Assembly: GCA_964401205.1 (NCBI GenBank)
Contig: CAYNXO010000001.1
Span: 1-42,367 of the forward strand
DNA: 42,367 nucleotides
Source of the DNA: Candidatus Undinarchaeota archaeon
GTDB taxonomy: Archaea > Undinarchaeota > Undinarchaeia > Undinarchaeales > Naiadarchaeaceae
Direction: 5' to 3'
Position numbers and translations under genes: made by a program. Below, one piece after another: positions 28,372-34,749 of the stretch; the first letter of the stretch is position 1; the number at the start of each line of letters is the position of its first letter. Below the pieces are notes generated by a model that was not told where the DNA came from, did not search any database, and saw only the letters and a program-made list of their open reading frames with translations.

Positions 28372-28716
28372 TCACTTTACGCCCAGTTTTTTTGCAAAAG
28401 CGTGAAATTTTGCGCAAAGGATTGTCAATTTGTAACTCATTTTTCCAGCTTCGCTTTCAACGCCTTCTGGCACATCTTTAAACAAGGATGCGGGGTAAAA
28501 ACCGTACTTTCTTTCCAACTCTTGGGTCAATTTTTCCATATTATCAATTGTTTTTTTCTGATTCTCTGGTTCTAGCTGGCCATAACAATTAAAATCATGC
28601 TTTATTTCTGCTTTTTCCGCAAGTTTCTCTGCCAGCATTCTGTGGTCAATTATGAATTCATACAGCACCCTGCCTATGCTACCCCCCCAACAGTCAGTCC
28701 ATTTTTCACTTGCCAT
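28372..28716 (-). CDS. Hypothetical protein (114 aa)
   Basis: Clean ORF with no family recognised. Confidence 0.5.
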   Translation of the reverse strand: MASEKWTDCWGGSIGRVLYEFIIDHRMLAEKLAEKAEIKHDFNCYGQLEPENQKKTIDNMEKLTQELERKYGFYPASLFKDVPEGVESEAGKMSYKLTILCAKFHAFAKKLGVK

Positions 28717-28939
28717 ATTTTTTCCAAATATTTTCGTGTGCTATTTTTCTACTTTACTGTAGTTTTTCTGATATTTAAATACAGTCGAATTCCCCAATCT
28801 TAACCACTCTTTAAAAAGGGCGGAAAGAAAATTGAAATGATCAAGAACCTTCTGAAAAGGCACCACGGGATTGATGATGTGATTGTGCGATAAGTTTATA
28901 TATAGTACAAAAGAGTTTCTAGGAATATTGGTGGTGGAA

Positions 28940-29914
28940 ATGGTTAAGACTAGTAGATTAGCCATAGTATTTGTATTATCATTTGTTTTACTATCAGTTG
29001 GAGTTTTCGCACAGCCAAAAGAAATTGCGATTCAGGGGCGGCTTTTAGATTCTCAAAACGGGCCAATCACATCAAATGTTAGCATGAATTTTTCACTCTA
29101 CAATGTTTCAACAGGCGGGGCAGTGCTTTATACTGAAAACCATCCGATTGTAGAAGTCAAAAATGGTGTTTGGAATGCAAAACTGGGATCAATAACACCT
29201 TTAGAGTTGCCTTTTGATGAACAGTATTATTTAGAGACTGCAGTTAACAATGAAATATTAAGCCCGCGAATTGCTTTAACATCTGCACCTTATTCATTCG
29301 CGCTAAGTAAATTTATTAATCTCTTCACATTAGGCGGAATTCCGCTTCTTTTCACAGATTTATTAAATGGGAGAATTGGCATAGGAACTACAAATCCATT
29401 GGCGCAATTGCATGTTATTGGGGATATAATAACCACTGGTAAAGTGGACGCAGGCAACCTCACAACTGCAGGGAATATAAACGCAAATGGTTATCTCATT
29501 AGAAGGATTGCGCGGGTGCATGGGGTAAACTGGAATGATGGTACTGATAACGGTCCAATTTCTACACGTGTACTAACATTTGTAAAGACGCAGAACGATA
29601 CTGGCATTAGAGCAAGCTATGAGGACAATTTGCGCGCTACAGACCCTTCAGGGATTACGTCCTGCAGATGGGAAATCAAGTTTAATGGCAATTCATGCAC
29701 AAACCCCGGGCCAATAGCATTTGACCAATACTCCGGCAACACAGGGGATAATGATCACCGCGGAAAAGCAAACTTTGGAACGTGTTTTGGTTTACCAACT
29801 GGAACTTATACAATACAGGTTTATGTGGGCCCAACTCCTGGTTTCGCAACAGCCGACTGCTATACTGGCTGGTCAGGCCAATACTGGGCGCTAGAAGCTG
29901 AGGAAGTACGCTAA
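28940..29914 (+). CDS. Secreted fibre-like protein: signal peptide, tail-fibre-like N-domain, CTHRC1-like C-terminal domain
   Basis: Start placed at MVKTSRLAIVFVLSF..VFAQP (signal peptide). The N-domain reads IQGRLLDSQNGPI...LYTENH...YYLETAVNNEILSPRIALTSAPYS. Neck motif GRIGIGTTNPLAQLHVIGD. The C-terminus reads CRWEIKFNGNSCTNPGPI..HRG..GTC.G...G...IQVYVG..D.YTGW....LEAEEV. TATA TTTATATA lies at 28895-28902. Confidence 0.8.
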   Translation: MVKTSRLAIVFVLSFVLLSVGVFAQPKEIAIQGRLLDSQNGPITSNVSMNFSLYNVSTGGAVLYTENHPIVEVKNGVWNAKLGSITPLELPFDEQYYLETAVNNEILSPRIALTSAPYSFALSKFINLFTLGGIPLLFTDLLNGRIGIGTTNPLAQLHVIGDIITTGKVDAGNLTTAGNINANGYLIRRIARVHGVNWNDGTDNGPISTRVLTFVKTQNDTGIRASYEDNLRATDPSGITSCRWEIKFNGNSCTNPGPIAFDQYSGNTGDNDHRGKANFGTCFGLPTGTYTIQVYVGPTPGFATADCYTGWSGQYWALEAEEVR

Positions 29915-29928
29915 CTAATTTCATAAAA

Positions 29929-31047
29929 ATGAAAAAATTCTATGAAAAGATACTATTGTTTTCTTTCTTAATCGTATTTGCATTGCTACCTTTTCAGACA
30001 TACGCAGCGCCAACTTCAAACTCCAATTATTCAGCAGATATAATTGCAAGCTCCGGGACTTCTGGGTATATCACAACGTTAGGAAACAAAATAGAAATAA
30101 TTTCTGGCCAGCCAGCAATTGGGGAAGCCAGCAGTGCGAATTATAAACTACAAGTAGGGCATGCTTATATTTTACCTGCTACCTCTCCTCTCCTGATAGT
30201 TCTTGCGAGGGAAGTATGTGGCAACAATCTTGGCTACAGCCAGGGAGATTATAACCGGAGAAACTGGAACAAATCCCAGAATTCATCAGACCCATGCAAC
30301 TGGTATGCAAGGTCGCATATCCACGACTTAAATACAACTATTAACCAAACTGCAGCAATTTATGTGGTATTTATGCCAGGATACTATGAAAGATGCGTTT
30401 CGCCTGTTTTAATCTCAGTTTCTCCTGATAATTCAAATTGGGCTTTAATTGGAAACATAAACACATCTTCACATGACACGGATGGAAATCCGGCTTACCC
30501 TCAGTTCTGGGCAAGCAGGAATTTTACAATGCTAAATGTCACTCCTCCCTTCAGGTTTGTGAATATAAGCATCCCAAACTGCTTCAATGACTGGAGCAAG
30601 GTAATTATTTATGATACAGCAGCTCCGCTTTCGCTGAAACCGCCATTTGAATCAATATTTTTCTTTGCAGGAGAAAAGATAGTTAAACCGATAGTAAAGC
30701 CACCTTCCTCTGGTTCTGGGGACAGTGGAAGCGGTAACACAGGTGGCGGTTCTGGTGGCGGAGGCGGAGGAACAAGCAGCGCCGCACAAAAAACAACTAA
30801 TTTAGAAGTAAAAACATCGCAAGCAACACAAAATAACAATCAGCAAGAAGCAACAAGAACTTTAGCAAGTCCAGCACAAAAAGAGGAAAAAACCCCTCTA
30901 CACTCAAAGCCGGATAACAATTTAGTTGCCGGTTCTTTGGCCACTGGCCTTACAGCATTGAAACAGAAACCAACTTTATTGAAAGCAATAATAAGTATCA
31001 TTGTTATAAGCATAATTGTGGCACTAGCTTACTTCAAAAAGAAATAA
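29929..31047 (+). CDS. Surface protein with signal peptide, Gly/Ser linker and C-terminal TM anchor
   Basis: N-terminal hydrophobic signal (..LPFQTYAAP), a GSGDSGSGNTGGGSGGGGGGTSS linker and a terminal LLKAIISIIVISIIVALAYFKKK. Confidence 0.7.
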   Translation: MKKFYEKILLFSFLIVFALLPFQTYAAPTSNSNYSADIIASSGTSGYITTLGNKIEIISGQPAIGEASSANYKLQVGHAYILPATSPLLIVLAREVCGNNLGYSQGDYNRRNWNKSQNSSDPCNWYARSHIHDLNTTINQTAAIYVVFMPGYYERCVSPVLISVSPDNSNWALIGNINTSSHDTDGNPAYPQFWASRNFTMLNVTPPFRFVNISIPNCFNDWSKVIIYDTAAPLSLKPPFESIFFFAGEKIVKPIVKPPSSGSGDSGSGNTGGGSGGGGGGTSSAAQKTTNLEVKTSQATQNNNQQEATRTLASPAQKEEKTPLHSKPDNNLVAGSLATGLTALKQKPTLLKAIISIIVISIIVALAYFKKK

Positions 31048-31192
31048 TTCGCTTTTTTAAAGAGATAGGTAGCTCTAATCCCCGTCACATAGTGAGATTT
31101 AAAAAGTTCCTGAAAGATAAGAATGTAACAAAAATTGCAGAAGTACGAAAAGAGATAGTCAATTACAGTAGCAAATTGCCATATAAGTTTAT

Positions 31193-31282
31193 GCGGCGAT
31201 AGTCTAGCCTGGTAGGACAAAAGCTTCCCAAACCTAAAAACGGAAACAGCTTTAGGCCCGAGTTCAAATCTCGGTCGCCGCA
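31193..31282 (+). tRNA. tRNA-Gly(CCC) with 17-nt intron at the canonical 37/38 position
   Basis: Manual cloverleaf: acceptor GCGGCGA/TCGCCGC with discriminator A; D arm GTCT/GGAC; anticodon stem AAAGC/GCTTT; loop TTCCCA|A with anticodon at 31227-31229; intron at about 31231-31247; T arm CCGAG-TTCAAAT-CTCGG. C2-G71 and G3-C70 fit Gly identity. Confidence 0.85.
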
Positions 31283-31357
31283 CTCTTCTTTTAGTAAATA
31301 GACCAAGGGTGCGCAACAATTAAATAAATAAACAAATACGTTTATCTTTGCATTGGC

Positions 31358-31645
31358 ATGAAAAAAGAACCAGTTTCTAATTTGGAGAATTTGTTTTTCA
31401 GGGAAAAGCCAGCCCGGCTTTTAATTCATATTAAAAAAGAACCCCGGCCTTATATAACAATTCTTGCAAAAAGGATTGATGCAACTTATGCACACACAGT
31501 AAAGATTTTGGCTAAGATGCATTCCCACGGCCTTGTTAGTTTCAGCAAGTCAGGCAGGATAAAATATGTTACTCTTACTTCTTCAGGGCTTGAGCTTGCA
31601 GCACATTTTGAAGAATTAATTTTCGAGAAAATGGGGCTGAAATGA
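31358..31645 (+). CDS. Small winged-helix (ArsR/MarR-like) DNA-binding protein
   Basis: 95 aa. YITILAKRIDATYAHTVKILAKMHSHGLVSF..GRIKYVTLT is an HTH plus wing pattern. Confidence 0.6.
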   Translation: MKKEPVSNLENLFFREKPARLLIHIKKEPRPYITILAKRIDATYAHTVKILAKMHSHGLVSFSKSGRIKYVTLTSSGLELAAHFEELIFEKMGLK

Positions 31646-32361
31646 AAAGCCAATTTGCCTTTGATGACAATCAGCGCCTGTTTATGAATTTTGTAGAAAG
31701 CACAGAATGGGGAATACTCGGCCATGAATTTTTAAAATATGGCATAGAACAATGTAAAATAAGTGAAAACCAAAGAGAGAACTTCAGGATTGGCGTTGAT
31801 AAATCCCTAAAAAATTTAAAAAAGAAGTATACTAAGACTCCTCCCTGGCGAGAAATCGCTATTTCCCTTCTGCAATACGGCAAAGGATCAAAATTTCTTG
31901 ACAGAGGATCAGGCATTGCATATAGAAACAGGCTCAGAAACGCAAATTTGCAAAACGCCACAAGAATTTTAGCGCAAAACATGATTTTTGCCTATGCCAG
32001 GCTTTTCATAGAAATTGAAGAAGATATCAAGGAACTTATTTACTCAAAAAAGGTAAAGCCTGCCTGCGGCTATTCTGTCTTAAAATTCCTTCGGGATTCT
32101 AAAATGCCGGCTTCAAAAGTCGGCATAATGAACATGTTCAGGCAAGCGCAAAAAGAGATCGCAAAAAAGGAAGGAATAATTGATTTTGAAAGACACGTTC
32201 TTGGGAGGCTTGTGCAAAGAGGTTTTATTGTAGATACAAAAGAAGGATATGTCATTCACCCAATGATGAGGAAAGCATTTGAGCATGCAGATGTGGTAAG
32301 GAAAGATGTTTTAAAATGGAAATACCGGGATAACTGGTTTCTGTCGCCCAACAAAAAGTAA
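31642..32361 (+). CDS. Hypothetical protein, possible C-terminal wHTH
   Basis: Its start overlaps the preceding stop (ATGA). C-terminal pattern VLKFLRDSKMPASKVG..LGRLVQRGFIVDTKEGYVIHP. Confidence 0.5.
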   Translation: MKSQFAFDDNQRLFMNFVESTEWGILGHEFLKYGIEQCKISENQRENFRIGVDKSLKNLKKKYTKTPPWREIAISLLQYGKGSKFLDRGSGIAYRNRLRNANLQNATRILAQNMIFAYARLFIEIEEDIKELIYSKKVKPACGYSVLKFLRDSKMPASKVGIMNMFRQAQKEIAKKEGIIDFERHVLGRLVQRGFIVDTKEGYVIHPMMRKAFEHADVVRKDVLKWKYRDNWFLSPNKK

Positions 32362-32638
32362 GTAAAAATCTTAACCGCGTTTGCATACCATCTCACTATT
32401 TTTCATTCTTTCTCAAAATCAACAAATCCAACTTCCCAACTTCCTATCAAATCACTGCACTAATTTTGATATTCCCTGCAAAAATCCTGTTTTTAGCGTG
32501 TGGATATGCCTGCAGCACTCAAAAAACCAGCCGCACATTGCCATACTAAACCTGCTTTGAAATTCACGCATGCTGGCTGCAGCAAAAGTATAGTGCAGCG
32601 ATAAGATTAAATATATTCTAAAACTACTCAATCCAGAG

Positions 32639-33163
32639 ATGGACGAAAAACAGCTAGATGATATTAAGTTAGTAAAATCAAAAATGCCGTTTAGCCGTGG
32701 CATTCCAAGCAAAGAAAGCCTATGGCTGGATGACATAAGGCGCTTGAGAGATGAATGGAAGTACCATCAAAACGTCCGCCTTGAATTAGACCAGGTTCTG
32801 CATATTATATTCCCAAAGAAGTACCAGGAAAGGTACTATGAAACCTCGCTTAAATTCATGAAATCCCTGTTGGAAAAGCAGGTTATGCGCGGAGCTGACT
32901 TGGGCGAATTCCTAAGGCTAAACAGCTACTCAAAAGCCACTTTCTACAACATTATCCTGCCTCGCCTGAAGCGCGTTGGCATGATTACCACTGAAAGAGA
33001 AGCCTTTACAGAGAGCGCTGAGAAGCGCAAATTCTACAGGAAAATAGTGAAGCCCTCAACACAGTTTAGCATCTTTTTCACCCACCTTGCAAGGGAATAT
33101 GAGAGCATAATCGAAACTGCAAAAGCAAGGGCAAGTGCTGTGCAAAAACAGCAAACTTCATAA
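32639..33163 (+). CDS. Hypothetical protein with wHTH-like segment
   Basis: ADLGEFLRLNSYSKATFYNIILPRLKRVGMITTERE segment. TATA-like TTAAATATAT lies about 30 nt upstream. Confidence 0.5.
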   Translation: MDEKQLDDIKLVKSKMPFSRGIPSKESLWLDDIRRLRDEWKYHQNVRLELDQVLHIIFPKKYQERYYETSLKFMKSLLEKQVMRGADLGEFLRLNSYSKATFYNIILPRLKRVGMITTEREAFTESAEKRKFYRKIVKPSTQFSIFFTHLAREYESIIETAKARASAVQKQQTS

Positions 33164-33192
33164 AAACACCATCTCAAGCCGCTTTCTTTCTT

Positions 33193-33208
33193 CTGTGTGG
33201 TATAGCCC
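33193..33208. repeat. 16-nt left arm of duplicated cassette, copy 1
   Basis: CTGTGTGGTATAGCCC is identical to 33705-33720. Confidence 0.7.
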
Positions 33209-33225
33209 TCATCCATTTATAGGAA

Positions 33226-33326
33226 GGCGCATCACAGCACTTGCTTTGTACTTTCAGCGCACTAGCCTCTTTTCCCAGGTTTTTTGCCCCCTAAAATAGC
33301 CACGACTTGCTTAGTGGCAAAAAAGC
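33226..33326 (-). repeat. Family-1 structured element, copy B
   Basis: Roughly 80% identical by eye to the reverse complement of 40340-40439. The stem pairs TTTTTTGCC (33280-33288) with GGCAAAAAA (33316-33324). Confidence 0.75.
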
Positions 33327-33372
33327 TGTGAGACCTAAACTTTCTATACTCGAGTATATATTTCCCAAAAAC
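33327..33372 (-). promoter_or_regulatory. Right arm of duplicated cassette, copy 1: 12-bp palindrome ATACTCGAGTAT plus TATA-like box
   Basis: TGTGAGACCTAAACTTTCTATACTCGAGTATATATTTCCCAAAAAC; the palindrome is at 33346-33357. On the minus strand, AAATATATA lies about 25-30 nt before the 5' end of element B. Confidence 0.5.
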
Positions 33373-33414
33373 TATTTTTCCCAAAACATTTTTGCAGGAT
33401 TTTGTGAGGGGTAG

Positions 33415-33423
33415 TTATATAAA
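33415..33423 (+). promoter_or_regulatory. TATA box for eL41
   Basis: TTATATAAA lies about 20 nt upstream of the ATG at 33440. Confidence 0.5.
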
Positions 33424-33439
33424 TTTAGAAATATATTAA

Positions 33440-33562
33440 ATGCCTGTGAAAACCCGCAAGAAGAAATGGAAGAAGCGCGGAAAAATGCGCTGGAAGTGGG
33501 AAAAGAAGCGCATGCGAAGGCGAATGAAAATCCAGAAGCGCTTGAGAATGAAAGCTATCTAG
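33440..33562 (+). CDS. rpl41e: Ribosomal protein eL41 (L41e), unlisted 40-aa ORF
   Basis: My own translation gives MPVKTRKKKWKKRGKMRWKWEKKRMRRRMKIQKRLRMKAI. The KKRGKMRWKW.KKR.RR core matches my recollection of archaeal L41e. Confidence 0.8.
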   Translation: MPVKTRKKKWKKRGKMRWKWEKKRMRRRMKIQKRLRMKAI

Positions 33563-33595
33563 TCATGCTGCTCGGTTTTCTAGATTTTTCTAAAG

Positions 33596-33657
33596 ATATG
33601 CAAAGCTGTTAAATAAATGATGCTTTGCTATTTTCACTCGCTTACGCTCGTGAAAAA
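33596..33657 (+). repeat. Family-2 structured element, copy E (downstream of eL41)
   Basis: GCAAAGC (33600-33606) pairs with GCTTTGC (33622-33628). TTTTCAC (33631-33637) pairs with GTGAAAA (33650-33656). It lacks the 33-nt insert present in copy D. Confidence 0.7.
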
Positions 33658-33704
33658 TGCCTTAAAATCGATATGCAGAGCCATATCAAGGAGCCGATTT
33701 TAAG

Positions 33705-33720
33705 CTGTGTGGTATAGCCC
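33705..33720. repeat. 16-nt left arm of duplicated cassette, copy 2
   Basis: CTGTGTGGTATAGCCC is identical to 33193-33208. Confidence 0.7.
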
Positions 33721-33762
33721 GACAGCCAACTTTCCCGACTCCCTGCTTTAGAATGAAAAAAT
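33721..33762 (-). repeat. Degenerate / internally deleted family-1 element
   Basis: AGCCAACTTTCCCGA aligns to AGCCTCTTTTCCCAG of copy B. CTGCTTTAGAATGAAAAAATTG aligns to CTTGCTTAGTGGCAAAAAAGCTG. The stem-loop core is missing. Confidence 0.5.
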
Positions 33763-33808
33763 TGTGAGAGATAGAATTTCTATACTTGAGTATATATTTT
33801 CAAAAATC
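33763..33808 (-). promoter_or_regulatory. Right arm of duplicated cassette, copy 2 (ATACTTGAGTAT + TATA-like box)
   Basis: TGTGAGAGATAGAATTTCTATACTTGAGTATATATTTTCAAAAATC aligns along its whole length with 33327-33372. Confidence 0.5.
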
Positions 33809-34331
33809 ACTTTTTCAGGGCATAATAAATTTCCCGGCCCTTTCTTGTCTGCTCCACAACATTGTATTTTACCAATTCACTGAGGCGCATCGCAGCATAC
33901 TGCCTTGAAATTCTCATTTCCTTTGCGATTTCAGCTGCCTGCATTTTTCTCCTGCCGACATAATTTATTATTTTCTTGTCAACATCAAGCATTTCAAGCT
34001 CCCTGTCCACTTCCTCGCGCATTCTCTCAATCTGCGTTTTCTTCTCCTCAAGGTATTTTTTGAAATCTGCAAAATCAGTTTTTGTCGCCTGCTGCTCCAT
34101 TATCTTATGGTGGTCCTCCCTTAAACCCCTGAACCCGCTCAAAAGTGCAGAATGCATCTCCTCAATATCGCGCTGGACATTTGTCATCTGCTTGCTGAAG
34201 CTTATTATTGGATCTTCAGCAATTTTTTCCACAGAAACATATTTCTTTCTCTCCTTCTTCTTAACAATAGAGTGCTGCATAGCGGTTTTGGGAGCTTTCT
34301 TTTTCTTGAAAAAAATGTCTAATAGGCCCAT
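33807..34331 (-). CDS. Coiled-coil protein with C-terminal ArsR-like wHTH and MGLLDIFFKK N-terminus
   Basis: C-terminal IINYVGRRKMQAAEIAKEMRISRQYAAMRLSELVKYNVVEQTRKGREIYYAL. The second Met (34331) is preferred because MGLLDIF parallels the MGILDIF start of 21895..22329. The listed start is 34346. Confidence 0.65.
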   Translation of the reverse strand: MGLLDIFFKKKKAPKTAMQHSIVKKKERKKYVSVEKIAEDPIISFSKQMTNVQRDIEEMHSALLSGFRGLREDHHKIMEQQATKTDFADFKKYLEEKKTQIERMREEVDRELEMLDVDKKIINYVGRRKMQAAEIAKEMRISRQYAAMRLSELVKYNVVEQTRKGREIYYALKK

Positions 34332-34357
34332 ATACGTAAACGACATGTAAATTGATA

Positions 34358-34454
34358 TGTCAACTATATATATTTTATGTCAATTGACGAGTTGACAAAT
34401 CCTTGACAATAGAGTGCTGCATAGCGGTTTTTAGTCGTTTACAAGTCTTGACAG
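34358..34454. promoter_or_regulatory. Array of TGTCAA/TTGACA half-sites around the promoter of the wHTH gene
   Basis: TGTCAAC (34358-34364), TGTCAATTGACGAGTTGACAA (34378-34398), CTTGACAA (34402-34409) and CTTGACAG (34447-34454). An ATATATAT box lies between them. Confidence 0.5.
34406..34431. repeat. 26-nt exact duplicate of the wHTH gene's 5' coding segment
   Basis: ACAATAGAGTGCTGCATAGCGGTTTT is identical to 34264-34289, which lies in coding sequence (KTAMQHSIV). A related TGCATAGCGATTTT lies at about 34737. Confidence 0.8.
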
Positions 34455-34749
34455 TTCTTGCCCCAGTATTCTGCACAGCATTCATATGATTTTGGCAATT
34501 TTCCGAAAATTTTTTGCCAAAATTTTCTATATTTTGTTAGTGGTTGTCAGTAAATAAATTTTTTGCAAAAACTGCCGGCTGGGCCAGGAAATGCAGAAAC
34601 AGGCAGATAAAAGCCGGAAAAAGGCAAAAAGTGAGGTTTTTTAGCATAGTGCAGTGGTATTGGCTGAAATGAAAAAGTCAAATGTGAGGGTTGTTAGTCT
34701 ATTGAAAAGGTGTGAAATAAGATTGTTTAAAGGCGGTGCATAGCGATTT

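Noticed and set aside
31029-31319. 96-aa minus-strand ORF
   Set aside because: It overlaps tRNA-Gly(CCC) completely and has arbitrary composition.
33034-33216. 60-aa minus-strand ORF starting 9 nt after family-1 copy B
   Set aside because: It was considered as the gene served by element B. However, it is antisense to the 3' end of gene 32639..33163, is hydrophobic and Cys-rich, and its GGCTATACCACACAG segment is conserved in the second cassette without frame conservation.
33884-33915. GGCGCATCGCAGCATACTGCCTTGAAATTC inside the wHTH gene resembles the GGCGCATCACAGCACTTGCTTTGTACTTTC end of family-1 copy B
   Set aside because: About 24 of 32 nt match by eye, but the segment is in coding sequence (AAMRLSE of the HTH) and the rest of the element is absent. 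I cannot distinguish this from chance without statistics.
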